A DNA stretch of 64,000 nt from Candidatus Poribacteria bacterium (GCA_965222225.1 CBDCTK010000002.1:1984001-2048000), one strand, 5' to 3'; shown: positions 52,716 through 62,871, counted from the stretch's first letter. Program-made: numbers and translations. The notes: a model not told the origin generated them from the letters alone.

Positions 52716-52775
52716 ATGTCGGATATGGAATGGACTGATTTACAGGGCGACTTTTGTTGTCGCATGAGGTAAACA

Positions 52776-53897
52776 ATGCAAGCAAAAAAGGCAGGTGGTT
52801 TGGCAGGTGTCACCGCCGGTGAAACGGCTATTTGTACCGTGGGTAGAGAAGGGATAGGCTTGACCTATCGCGGGTATGGTATCGACGATTTGGCTGAGCA
52901 CGCGAGTTTTGAGGAGGTCGCTTACCTGCTCATTCATGGCAAGTTGCCCACACAGTCGGAACTGGATGGTTACCGAGAGACGCTGATTGGCGCACGGGGT
53001 TTGCCGACGGGGCTGAAAACGGTGCTTGAACAGTTGCCGGGCGATGCGCATCCGATGGATGTGCTGCGTACAGGTTGCTCGGCGCTGGGGACGATTGAGC
53101 AGGAAACGGAAAGCACAAACCAGTCTCATATTGCCGATCGGCTTGTAGCTAGTCTCCCGTCAATGTTGCTCTATTGGTACCATTTTCATGAGAGCGGGGT
53201 ACGTATCGAGGTGGATACGGATGACGACACGACCGCCGGGCATTTTCTGCATCTGTTGCATGGTCGGGAGGCTGACGAGTTGCAACGCTGCACGGTCGAT
53301 GTGTCGTTGATTCTTTACGCGGAGCACGAGTTTAACGCCTCGACTTTCGCGGCACGTGTCGCCGCCGCCACACTCACCGACTTCTATTCGGCGGTCTCCG
53401 GCGCCATCGGCGCGCTCAGGGGACCGTTGCATGGCGGCGCCAACGAAGCGGCGATGGCGTTAATCGAACAGTTCGGAACGCCGGACGAGGCTGAAACTTC
53501 TGTCCTAGATATGCTCGCGGCAAAGCAGCTCATCATGGGGTTCGGGCACCGGGTGTACACCGTTTCGGATCCGCGCTCGGACATCATCAAAGGATGGTCG
53601 CGAAAACTCTCCGAAGCGAGCGGAGATTTGACGTTGTTTCAGGTTTCCGAGCGGGTTGAAGAGGTGATGCGGCGGGAGAAGAAGTTGTTCCCGAATCTTG
53701 ATTTCTATATGGCGTCCGCGTATCATCTCTGCGGGATTCCAACGCCGATGTTTACGCCGATTTTTGTCATGGGCAGGATAGCGGGCTGGGCTGCGCATAT
53801 CATTGAGCAGCGGAGCAACAATCGTTTGATTCGGCCGGGGGCGGAGTATATCGGTCCGGACCCGACGGCTTACGTACCCATCGGGGAGCGGGAATAG
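52776..53897 (+). CDS. prpC: 2-methylcitrate synthase
   Basis: GLAGV.AG.TAI, YAEHEFNASTF, GPLHGGANE, MGFGHRVY, FPNLDF; adjacent to prpB. Confidence 0.93.
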   Translation: MQAKKAGGLAGVTAGETAICTVGREGIGLTYRGYGIDDLAEHASFEEVAYLLIHGKLPTQSELDGYRETLIGARGLPTGLKTVLEQLPGDAHPMDVLRTGCSALGTIEQETESTNQSHIADRLVASLPSMLLYWYHFHESGVRIEVDTDDDTTAGHFLHLLHGREADELQRCTVDVSLILYAEHEFNASTFAARVAAATLTDFYSAVSGAIGALRGPLHGGANEAAMALIEQFGTPDEAETSVLDMLAAKQLIMGFGHRVYTVSDPRSDIIKGWSRKLSEASGDLTLFQVSERVEEVMRREKKLFPNLDFYMASAYHLCGIPTPMFTPIFVMGRIAGWAAHIIEQRSNNRLIRPGAEYIGPDPTAYVPIGERE

Positions 53898-53995
53898 CGC
53901 GGCGGGAATGGAAGGAGGGAAGAGCGGATTGGCGTGGACGGACGGAATCGTGGATTTGGTGATTGTCGATTTGATTCTACAGTAAAGGCTGGTAA

Positions 53996-54070
53996 GAGTT
54001 CTATAGGACCTCTATCGCACTCGCTAATCGCCCATTTGATCTGCCTTGACCGTTATTCACTCGCTTGATC
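53996..54070 (+). repeat. Covarying-hairpin element and truncated copy
   Basis: Core at 54012; partial gttattcactcgcttgatc. Confidence 0.8.
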
Positions 54071-54208
54071 CCAACCTAAAAGTTTGATTGTTTTATTGGC
54101 TTTTTTGGATTCGTTGTGTTATACTTAATGGTTAGTTCGGACTTTGTATGAAGGTTCAATGTAAACGCTAAAACTTGTACCGAATGAATTTTTAGGAGGT
54201 AATCGGAG

Positions 54209-54478
54209 TTGTCCCATAGAAAATCTGGAGTAAAACATGTTCGTGCGGATAAGAGAAAAGCGGAAGTAAATAGAAGGCGAAAGGTGACGCTGAGAACGAC
54301 GTTAAAGAATGCCGAAGCTGCCATCGCAGCCGGGGATTCGGAAGTCGCCGAGGGACTGTATCGTCAGGCTTCCGGGCGCCTTGACAGGGCGGCACAGAAA
54401 GGCGTAATCAAGCGAGGCACAGCGGACCGCCGGAAGTCACATCTTGCGCAGAAGTTAAACGGCATGAGCGCCGACTGA
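54209..54478 (+). CDS. rpsT: 30S ribosomal protein S20
   Basis: AGGAGGT RBS, TTG start, KS..K..R...N...K..LRT..K, LDRAAQKGVIK...A.R.KS.L. Confidence 0.9.
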   Translation: MSHRKSGVKHVRADKRKAEVNRRRKVTLRTTLKNAEAAIAAGDSEVAEGLYRQASGRLDRAAQKGVIKRGTADRRKSHLAQKLNGMSAD

Positions 54479-54514
54479 GTATTGAATTTTTCAGGTCGGT
54501 AGAGGTATCCACCC

Positions 54515-54551
54515 AAAAAGCCCCCAACTCGGAAGAGTTGGGGGCTTTTTT
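54515..54551 (+). terminator. Intrinsic (likely bidirectional) terminator after rpsT
   Basis: AAAAAGCCCCCAACTC-GGAA-GAGTTGGGGGCTTTTTT. Confidence 0.88.
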
Positions 54552-54758
54552 CATTGCGGTTTGTAGGCTGGTGAGGGACCAGTCGGACACGAGATGAAAA
54601 GAATGGAGGTGGGCGATTGGGAGAGTGAAGATTGTTGCGGCAAACCAAGTGCAAAAGTGAGCTTGGCCCGTGACAGGAGGTCGCGATCCGGAGATCGCTC
54701 CTACAGTATGACTATAATGGTGTCAATCGAGTCTATACAATGCGGGGCAAGATAATCG

Positions 54759-54858
54759 CTATCGATCAGCCGACTGGATAAGGGGGGATCAAGCGAATGA
54801 ATAATGAGTGCGATAGAACTCCCATAGAAAATCCTGCTCGCTATCCGCTCGCTGGATC
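54759..54858. repeat. Covarying-hairpin element cluster
   Basis: Core 54787-54816(-) with truncated copies on both strands. Confidence 0.85.
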
Positions 54859-54979
54859 CCCTACAGAAACTAACTCCTGCGATTGGGGACGCATTGCAAA
54901 TCGTAGGGGTTGGGTTTCCCAACCCGTTGGGTGGGGTGTTCGCATTGGTAGAGGGGTCTCGCTTAAACGTCAACACACC

Positions 54980-55786
54980 CTACTTTTTCCATGAATTGTG
55001 CCAGACGAGGGTGTTCTGGTTTTCATCGTTCAGGAGATCGCCGATCTTGAGGGAATTGAAGAGGTCTTTCCGTAGGATATTACGTTTGCCGTTAAAGGTG
55101 CACCCATCGGGCATGAAGGCGCATGTCATGGCGCGGCGCGGGGTTATGGTCATGTTGGCGCCCGCGGCGTGCGCCATCAACCCGTTATGCCAGACGATCG
55201 AGCCGGCGGGGCAGGGCACCGGTTGCGGCTCAATGTTGCGCCATTCCGGATAAATCGTGAAGAGTTCGCCGATGTTTTGACCGATGCCGCAGTTCTCAAA
55301 ACGCGCGGTGAGGTGGCTGCCGGGAATGTACCACATACAGCCGTTGGCAAGTGTCGCATCATCCAACGCCACCCAGCAAGAAATAGCCTTCCGTGAATCG
55401 AACGACCAGTACGGGACATCAAGGTGCCATGCGGTCGGATTGCCGTGAGGCGGTTTGATAAGCGCTTGATCGTGCCAGATTCGAATCCCTTCCACTCCCG
55501 CCAGCGCCGCTCCCATCCGTCCAAGCCGGGGATTATGAATCAAATCTCTCATGCCGGGGTGTGTGTCGGCGAGCCGGAGGCACTGCGTAAAGACCCGGGC
55601 ATAAAAGTCGTCGGGCTGCATCTGGTTCGTCATAACATCAATGGAATTCCCCAACCGATCGGCGACGGCTTCGTCCGTGCATTGACGCCACTCCTCCAGT
55701 TCGCCAGCGTCGAGGAAATTCTCAACCGCGATTGATCCGTTGGTTCGGTAGAATTCAATCTGTTGACCTGTCAGTTCGTCCTTCAT
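54980..55786 (-). CDS. PhyH family dioxygenase
   Basis: RIWHDQALIKPP, WHLD, NGCMWYIPGSH, HAAGAN. Confidence 0.9.
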   Translation of the reverse strand: MKDELTGQQIEFYRTNGSIAVENFLDAGELEEWRQCTDEAVADRLGNSIDVMTNQMQPDDFYARVFTQCLRLADTHPGMRDLIHNPRLGRMGAALAGVEGIRIWHDQALIKPPHGNPTAWHLDVPYWSFDSRKAISCWVALDDATLANGCMWYIPGSHLTARFENCGIGQNIGELFTIYPEWRNIEPQPVPCPAGSIVWHNGLMAHAAGANMTITPRRAMTCAFMPDGCTFNGKRNILRKDLFNSLKIGDLLNDENQNTLVWHNSWKK

Positions 55787-55969
55787 AAGGTGTCATTTGC
55801 CCTTAACGTAGTTCGACTTCGTATACTTAGCTCGACTTTGTACATCTAGGCCGAATAACAGACGATGGCAACCAAGCGTTGAAGAAAAGCAGGGGAGATT
55901 TTAGCCATCTGGTCTTTTTAGTTGACTATTGAAAAAGTCGTCAGCGGTTTCTGAGATCATGCAACCTGT

Positions 55970-56025
55970 AAGATCTCTATCGACTTGGGATCTTCTATCG
56001 CGCTCATTATTCATTCGCTTGATCC
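55970..56025 (+). repeat. Covarying-hairpin element
   Basis: Core at 55995 preceded by an extra tail. Confidence 0.85.
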
Positions 56026-56030
56026 TTGCA

Positions 56031-56924
56031 TTAAAGGAAGAACGGGTTTGACCACGCCTTCTTGCCTTCCTCATCGACGATTTCCACGCGGACATATTTC
56101 ATGCCGCTCGGCACAGGGTACTCCGCCTCGGTTAGGCTTTCGCCTTTCGGAGCGAGGATACGCCGCCCGAGATTGCATTGTCCTTTGAATATGATGGACC
56201 GGGCGGGGGAACATTTGACAACGACTTTTTGTTCGCGGGCGGAGTCGCCAACCAGATCGAGATTCACAATTTCGGGACCGAGCGTCGAATAGAAGGCGCC
56301 GGTGCGGAAGGCATTCATGATCGCGTCGATTGTGAGCTCAGCCGCTTTTACCATAACCCAGGCGTGGAAGCAGTCGTGTTCAGTACCGTGCGCATCGTCG
56401 GCGGCAATGCCAAAGACAGGTCCAAGCCGATCTAGCACATCGTCCCACGCCTGTTCGGAGAATCCTTTCCCGCAGGCGCCCATACAGGTGTCGTTGTAGA
56501 CTTCGACGGCGAAGTAGCCGTTGAGTTGCTCGTAATCCTGAATCGTGTGTCCGCACCAGTACGGGTGGCAGAGCACGGCTTCCCCGCCTTGGGCTTTGAT
56601 TTCGGCGAGGACATCGTTGGGGTGGAGTTCGGCACAGTTGATACGTTCGCGGAGGTTGATGCCGACGATGTGATAGGTTCCACCTCCGTATGGATTATCA
56701 GGATGAACTTCGCTGCCGGAGATGGCGAGGAAGTTATCACGGCTGTAAGGGGATACGTCGTTGACTTTTCGGTGATCGGTGAGCACGAGGAAATTGTATC
56801 CGGCGTCACGGTAAGCGGCGAAGCGTTCGTCCATCGGAATCCTGCCATCGGATTCGGTGCTGTGACTGTGTGTGTTCCCTCGATACCATTGTCCGGACTG
56901 TTTGAACGGGTTTAGATTCTCCAC
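56031..56924 (-). CDS. PHP-like (CehA/McbA family) metallohydrolase
   Basis: GNTHSHSTESDG, TDH, CHP, DDAH, AWSNP. Confidence 0.85.
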   Translation of the reverse strand: MENLNPFKQSGQWYRGNTHSHSTESDGRIPMDERFAAYRDAGYNFLVLTDHRKVNDVSPYSRDNFLAISGSEVHPDNPYGGGTYHIVGINLRERINCAELHPNDVLAEIKAQGGEAVLCHPYWCGHTIQDYEQLNGYFAVEVYNDTCMGACGKGFSEQAWDDVLDRLGPVFGIAADDAHGTEHDCFHAWVMVKAAELTIDAIMNAFRTGAFYSTLGPEIVNLDLVGDSAREQKVVVKCSPARSIIFKGQCNLGRRILAPKGESLTEAEYPVPSGMKYVRVEIVDEEGKKAWSNPFFL

Positions 56925-57131
56925 AGGGCGTCTCCTTTTTTGTGATGTAGATTCTCATCTTAGCACACGGGGGTGGAAATGAGAAGGGGAAAAAGGGGAA
57001 GGATGGAAGAGAAGCAGTGGTCAGTGACCAGTAAAACCAGGGGCGAGCAGTGTGTGAGAAGGGAGCGAGATTGGAAGGGAAGTGGTGGGCGGGTCAAGAT
57101 GGCGCGCCTATCGAAGTTCGGCAGGGCAAGA

Positions 57132-57222
57132 AGATTTCTATCGATCAAGGGAGCGACCAGCGACTGCGATAGCCAATCCCGCGCGGATAGCCCATCCTGC
57201 TCATTGTTCAGTCGCTTGATCC
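57132..57222. repeat. Covarying-hairpin element cluster
   Basis: Core 57143-57172(-), inverted tail, truncated plus-strand copy. Confidence 0.85.
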
Positions 57223-57225
57223 CGA

Positions 57226-58050
57226 CTACGGGTTGACTGCGTCTCTTGCCAAGTGGGGGAAGAGCTGGTCATGGATTTCCATTGGCTGGCGGAGGTGAAC
57301 CATTCGATTCTCGTCGGCGGTGTCTATCATGGTGGGATAGTATATGCCGGCTCCGGTTTTGAGCTTGTAACCGCCCGGCGAATGTACGCTGAGATAGCGG
57401 CGCGCGAATTCGAAGTCTTCGGGTGTTTTGGCGCGGCGGGTGCAATTCATGGTGAACATGCGCCTGCGATTTCCGCCGCCGAAGGAGGCGTGGTAGAGAT
57501 CGTGATTGAAAACCACAACATCGCCCGGATTGGTCTCCATGGCGACGCTGTCGGGGAAGTCCGTGGGCGGGACGCCGAAAAGCTCAAGTGAGTTATTGAC
57601 ATCTATCTTCCCCGTGCGGACGAAGTGATCGGGCTTGTGGCTGCCGGGAATGAAACGCAGCGCCCCCGTGTCGCGGGTGAGCGGATCCAAATAGAACGCA
57701 ATCTTGGCGGCGAAGAGCTGCCCCCAGCTTCCGTCGGGGTGCCAGCCGGTGTTGCCGCTGTAGTAGTTTCCGTCGCCGCCACAGTAGTTGAAATCGTCTC
57801 CCAGAATGCTTCCGATAAGGTCGAGTATCATGGGGAGATCGAGCAACGCGCACATGTCGGGTCTATGTTCAATGGGTTTTAGGAACATGGTGCGGCGCGA
57901 GCCGTCGTGGTCTCGTCCGCCGCCGCAGTTTTGGATTGACCATTCAAATCTTTCGATGATTTCGTCTGTCTCTTCAGGTGAGAACAGTTGCGGGATCAGC
58001 AGGTAACCAAAGGTGTCGAAGAATCTCAGTTGCTCTTGCGTCAGTGGCAT
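57226..58050 (-). CDS. PhyH family dioxygenase
   Basis: FFDTFGYL, WHPD, GALRFIPGSH, HASFGG. Confidence 0.88.
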   Translation of the reverse strand: MPLTQEQLRFFDTFGYLLIPQLFSPEETDEIIERFEWSIQNCGGGRDHDGSRRTMFLKPIEHRPDMCALLDLPMILDLIGSILGDDFNYCGGDGNYYSGNTGWHPDGSWGQLFAAKIAFYLDPLTRDTGALRFIPGSHKPDHFVRTGKIDVNNSLELFGVPPTDFPDSVAMETNPGDVVVFNHDLYHASFGGGNRRRMFTMNCTRRAKTPEDFEFARRYLSVHSPGGYKLKTGAGIYYPTMIDTADENRMVHLRQPMEIHDQLFPHLARDAVNP

Positions 58051-58196
58051 TTTTTGTTACCTCCTAGAAGAAGGGGATTGGAAAGGTGGAAGCGTGGAAG
58101 GTTGGAAGGGTGCCTTCCGCGCCGGCTTGGATTTTCTGGAGCGGGAAAATGGAAGCGGAATATTTGGGTTTCACGGGGTTCAACGCAACCTACGGG

Positions 58197-58255
58197 CTAT
58201 AGTCATTACAGCTAAGAATTACACATTTAGGACCCACATTGTTCGGTTTGCAGTA
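58197..58255. repeat. About 60-bp dispersed repeat (CTATAGTCA...AAGAATTA...GTTCGGTTTGCAGTA)
   Basis: Inverted copy at 63131-63189; partial copy near 33825-33852. Confidence 0.6.
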
Positions 58256-58349
58256 ACGTAATTTACTGCACGTCTTCTGTAGGTGCGAGCTCTGCTCGCG
58301 ATAAGAAGTCGCGACCTGGAGATCGCTCCTACAAAGACCCATACCTGTC

Positions 58350-58422
58350 GGGATCTCTATCGATCAACTGAGTGGATAGCGAAGGCGATAGAAAATCCTA
58401 CTCGCTATCCACTCGTTTGATC
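58350..58422. repeat. Covarying-hairpin element cluster overlapping a PhyH stop
   Basis: Core 58362-58391(-) and a truncated plus-strand copy to 58422. Confidence 0.85.
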
Positions 58423-59238
58423 GGGCCGATTGGGCCAGACGAGCGGGGTCTGAGATTCGTCGTCGAGGACGTCTCCGATATTGAGTGCGGCTACCTGCTC
58501 ATCGGACAGAACGTTTTGGATACCGTTGAAGGTCACCCCATCCGGCATATAGATGCAGGTCATCGCTCGGCGCGGATACGGCGTCATATTCGGGCCGGCG
58601 GCATGGGCAGTGAGTCCGTTGTGAAACCCGGCAGATCCAGCCTTCATCTCGGCTGCCACAGGATCAATCTCTCTGAATTCGGGATATTCGTCGAAGAGAG
58701 CACCCATATTCGGGCCAAAATGCCCTTTTTTTTCATAGTTGGTCATCTTGTGTGAGCCGGGCAGATAATACAGGCAACCATTCTGAAGCGTCGCATCGTC
58801 CAAGGCAATCCAAATGGAGATGGCGTCAGGAGAGTGAAATGACCAATTGGGATCATCCACGTGCCAGGATGTGGGGTTGTCCCAGGCGAGTTTCTGTAGT
58901 GTCTGATCGTGCCACACCCGGATGCCGTCAATGCCAGCGAGTTTGCAAAGCATTTTCCCCAGCTCGGGGTTCAGAAAGTGCCTTTTGACGGCGTCATTGA
59001 TTTTCCACAGGTTGACTCGCTGCAGAAAGACCCTTTGGTTAAACGGCTTCACCTCTTGGAAGAGCGCTTTGTTGCTTTTTCCTCCGTCCGCAATTCTGTT
59101 GCTCCCCATCTGCGTCACGGTTTCACTGACAGCGAAGCACATTTCCTGCAGCTCGTCGGAGGTGAGAAAGTCTTCGAGTATGAGCCAACCCTCGCGCTGA
59201 TAAAGTTCAACTTGTTGGGATGTCAATGCTGTTTTCAT
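58405..59238 (-). CDS. PhyH family dioxygenase (paralogue of 54980-55786)
   Basis: RVWHDQTLQK, WHVD, NGCLYYLPGSH, HAAGPN. Confidence 0.9.
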   Translation of the reverse strand: MKTALTSQQVELYQREGWLILEDFLTSDELQEMCFAVSETVTQMGSNRIADGGKSNKALFQEVKPFNQRVFLQRVNLWKINDAVKRHFLNPELGKMLCKLAGIDGIRVWHDQTLQKLAWDNPTSWHVDDPNWSFHSPDAISIWIALDDATLQNGCLYYLPGSHKMTNYEKKGHFGPNMGALFDEYPEFREIDPVAAEMKAGSAGFHNGLTAHAAGPNMTPYPRRAMTCIYMPDGVTFNGIQNVLSDEQVAALNIGDVLDDESQTPLVWPNRPDQTSG

Positions 59239-59496
59239 CTTAATGCCTCCAAATTACAGATTATTGAAAATCGACTTAGCATGTCTACTGCTCAAGCCAA
59301 CAGGCAGTCAATAAATACCTGTGGTAGCAGGTATGAAACCTTTTCTGAAGCGGAATCCGGTTTTCCAAGTGGTTTGCTTGATAAGTGTTTAATGCAAGTC
59401 AAGAGGTCGAGACCGGGCGACTGCTCCTACAGGGACGCGCAGGTCGCGATTCGGAAATCGCTCCTACCAGTTAGCGTAAGGCGGTTTACGGCACAC

Positions 59497-59534
59497 GGGG
59501 GTTTCTATCGCACTCCTTATTCAGTCGCTTAATC
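59497..59534 (+). repeat. Covarying-hairpin element
   Basis: Core at 59505 (TTAATC variant). Confidence 0.8.
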
Positions 59535-59553
59535 CTACTACTTTGAAACGATG

Positions 59554-60405
59554 TTACCTAGGTTTCTTTATATGTGCCCACGTTGTGACGAGTTTTCCGG
59601 GCGTAGAAACGGCTAACGTATCAGCCAATCCCTCCTCGGTGAGTTGTTGGAGATCTTCCTCGGACAGCGCAACCTTAAAGACGGCAACATCGTCTACCAT
59701 GCCGTCCAAATAGTGTTCGTCACGTGGTTTTGCCGTTCTTCCAATGTTTAGGGGCGCCCCTTTTGCATTTCCTGCCTTGATCGAGGTCGTCCAGTCTTTC
59801 TCGCCAATCAGTTTTCCGTCATAGAACATCCGCATTTTATTTCCGCTACGTCCCATCGCGTAATGATGCCACTCCATATACTTATAGCGCCCAGGGACTT
59901 GGGGGCCCATATCTGTACCACCGCCGCCGCCGCCGCCGCAACCGATACAAAAATGAAAATATAATTGTTCGCCGGCGCAACAATGCCTTAACCTAAACCA
60001 CCATCCATCCCAGAATACCGCATCCAAAAGTGCAGATGTGTAGCCCATGATGTTGTAACGTCTGTCTTTTCCTCGTTGGTCCATAAGGACGTAGGCAGCG
60101 ATGGTAAAGTCATCGTCTCCAAATGCCCAAGCATCATTGGCGTTCGGCACCTCGACATAACCATCCTCGCCGTCCAGCACTATGCCGCCGCCAAACTTCC
60201 CCTTTCCCCAAGTGGCACCGCCCTTGAGTGTCGCAATGTTCCCATTACGGCTGAGATCAACACTTCGCTTTCCTTCACCCTCATCAAAGCTCAACGCGAC
60301 TACGGCGCTCCTGATATTTATCTCGGCATCGCCGGTTTCCATCATCAGACTGAAGGAGGCAATTGCCACAGTTACCATGAGTGACGCAATAGTTAGACAT
60401 TTCAT
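59554..60405 (-). CDS. Exported LamG domain protein
   Basis: FDEGEG, GKFGG, FTIAAY, WHH, LDGMVDDVAVF; C-terminal AVSTPGKLVTTWAHIK. Confidence 0.85.
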   Translation of the reverse strand: MKCLTIASLMVTVAIASFSLMMETGDAEINIRSAVVALSFDEGEGKRSVDLSRNGNIATLKGGATWGKGKFGGGIVLDGEDGYVEVPNANDAWAFGDDDFTIAAYVLMDQRGKDRRYNIMGYTSALLDAVFWDGWWFRLRHCCAGEQLYFHFCIGCGGGGGGGTDMGPQVPGRYKYMEWHHYAMGRSGNKMRMFYDGKLIGEKDWTTSIKAGNAKGAPLNIGRTAKPRDEHYLDGMVDDVAVFKVALSEEDLQQLTEEGLADTLAVSTPGKLVTTWAHIKKPR

Positions 60406-60833
60406 TGGTTCACCTCGCCAAATTACGGTTCGTTCCCGTATGCCTTCATGTGCTTCGGTCATTTCGAGGACGAACCAGTGATTAAATGTATAGAGATTCA
60501 GCAAATGTAAAGTGCTAACGCGAACGGCAACATGCCTGAACAAAAAGTGAAAGCAGTTGGAGCGGAAATAAATACGGCTCTTCCCAAGAAACCGTGTTGA
60601 AGAAATCGATCCCCACTGCTGCTGAATTCACGTGGCTTGTCTCCAAAAACTCGGGGTTTCAAGTGATTTGCACTTAATCTTGACATGAACTTGCAATGGT
60701 TCTCAAATTTACGATGTTACATTTTATCACGTCCTTACGCAAAACCGCAAGAAGTACCAACATTCCATTCGACCCACGAACCATAATCGCCGAAATGACC
60801 GATGTTGCGCACCATCTTGCGGTCACGTATCGC

Positions 60834-62642
60834 TTACTGCACCGGCAGTACCTGAGAGGCGATAAACCGTTTGACCTCGTGCATTGGTGCACCCCCCGAT
60901 TTGAGGTGTTCCCGTTGGAAGAAGGGGTACTTGCTCTCCGCGGCTTCGTCGTCGGATTCGCGCGGGGTGATATCGACTACCGTGTTGCCCCGCAACGACA
61001 CGGTGTAGCGGGTGCCGCAGATGGTATACTGTTCGGTGGTCTCCGGCACCGGAAATTCGACGCGAATCTTCTCGCCACCGGCAAGATGGTCGAACAAAAT
61101 GTTATTGCCGACACGGTGCAAACCAATCGCCTTATCCTTCACGTAACAGGCAAGCTGCGCTACGTCGATCCACCTCGGGAGCCGCACTTGAACTGCCCTG
61201 GCTTGCTTGTTATGGATGGCGACCTTGCCTTGGAAAGGCAGGTAACTGTGGATGTCCATCCACGGCGCCGCCCGATTGAGGAGCATATTCACGGTGGCTA
61301 CGCCGTTGGAAAATCGCGTTATGCCTTCCCACGCGGTATATAAAGCGCGGTTCCCGTTGGCGGTACAGCATCCAAAAACGGAGGAATGCGGGTTCACGAG
61401 TAGCTTTGCTTGCGTGAAACCGCCCAGAAATTGCCGATGCACTTCATCGTATGCGTCGCTGCCACAGGCACGCCGCATGCGCTCTATATCCGTCACCTGT
61501 AATTCCACGAAATGGTTGCGAACGATGCTGTCTATGTCATCCCAATAGTCGCCCAGCCCGGCATCCGTGAGTCGAATCGCGAGAATCAGCGTATCCGCAA
61601 CCCCGCAGCCTTCATTCTGCTCCAGACTCCACTCTGCATCCCTTCCCATCATCGGCTTGATCCAGCCGGGCATGAAGCCTAGCCGAATGACGCCGTGGCG
61701 ACGTGCATGTTCGTAGCCTTCCCGGACAACTTGCGAGAGCGCTGAATCGTTTTCGGTAAGGGCAAAATGTAGAAGGGTTTCCAGGAAACCCATATTCCCG
61801 TGGAAATGTCCGGTAAACTGACCATGTTCATGCGGCGGGACGCTCGCATCGTCAGCCTCATGGCTCCAGAGCGCCGGCTTCAGGCAAAACTTGATTAGCT
61901 TTCGTGCACAAGCGAGCGCCTCTTGATCACCGGTCATTTGGTAACACTGCACGAGTGCCTTGATCGAGCCAGAATGCTCAAACTTGACAGTGCCTTCCTG
62001 TCCCTGCGAGTCGTGTATCGGTTCGTCGGGCGGCGAGTAGGGGAGATATCCGGGTGCGTCGCCGCTACCACGCAGCGTCCAACGCCACACGCCTGACGGA
62101 TCCAGGCTGCATTCAGGGGGGATATAGGCGTACTCACCACAGTCAATCGATGCTCGTTTCAGCCCTCGCCACAGTAGGTGAAGCCAGGGCATCCACAAAT
62201 CTTCGCCGTCAAGCCCGTGTCGCAACGCCAATGCCTGCGCCAATATACCGTTGAACATCGGGTAGGACGTGTTAGGCGGGGGGCCATCGCCACTAATGGG
62301 ACAATAGAGCAAACCGTCCGCTTGAATTTGCTTGAGGAATGCCCTCCACGCTTCGGTCTCCACCGCGAGATTTAGATCGCTTCCGCACATTAACCGGATG
62401 AGCGGCAATGTCCGTAGGAACTTGGGTGTCAGCCAGTTAGGTGGGCCAATCATTGGCGGCTGATGGCTGAAGCGAAATGTCTGCGTTATGGCATAGCCTT
62501 CGTCGGGGCGGAAATTCGTCAATGCGTTAACAGCTAGCGCCGCGCGTTCCGCCAAATCGAGCGTATCGGGGACGGTAGTCGTATAGTGCTCGCCGGGCGG
62601 GGCAGCAATGGCGGGTTCATGATGATTCGTGGTTTCTAGCAT
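60834..62642 (-). CDS. Hypothetical (alpha/alpha)6 protein, GH127-like
   Basis: VPDTLDLAERA, GHFH, NEGC, GCCTANG motifs. Confidence 0.65.
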   Translation of the reverse strand: MLETTNHHEPAIAAPPGEHYTTTVPDTLDLAERAALAVNALTNFRPDEGYAITQTFRFSHQPPMIGPPNWLTPKFLRTLPLIRLMCGSDLNLAVETEAWRAFLKQIQADGLLYCPISGDGPPPNTSYPMFNGILAQALALRHGLDGEDLWMPWLHLLWRGLKRASIDCGEYAYIPPECSLDPSGVWRWTLRGSGDAPGYLPYSPPDEPIHDSQGQEGTVKFEHSGSIKALVQCYQMTGDQEALACARKLIKFCLKPALWSHEADDASVPPHEHGQFTGHFHGNMGFLETLLHFALTENDSALSQVVREGYEHARRHGVIRLGFMPGWIKPMMGRDAEWSLEQNEGCGVADTLILAIRLTDAGLGDYWDDIDSIVRNHFVELQVTDIERMRRACGSDAYDEVHRQFLGGFTQAKLLVNPHSSVFGCCTANGNRALYTAWEGITRFSNGVATVNMLLNRAAPWMDIHSYLPFQGKVAIHNKQARAVQVRLPRWIDVAQLACYVKDKAIGLHRVGNNILFDHLAGGEKIRVEFPVPETTEQYTICGTRYTVSLRGNTVVDITPRESDDEAAESKYPFFQREHLKSGGAPMHEVKRFIASQVLPVQ

Positions 62643-62871
62643 ACGGTTTTATGCCTTCTACAAGGGTTGGCTATTTAGCTATTCCTGTATTAGTGGTTTT
62701 CTCGCCGAGTGAATAGGGTAAGTGTTGGGTGTCGGTAGCTAACATTGTCTGAAGTGTGATTCATGGGATTTTGGGATTACCTTGATTGTAGGCGTTTAGT
62801 GGTTTATTCGCTAAGAGAGGATACGATAAAGTGTTCAGTTGCCAGTAGTGATTCTCCAGCCAACCCCCTTA

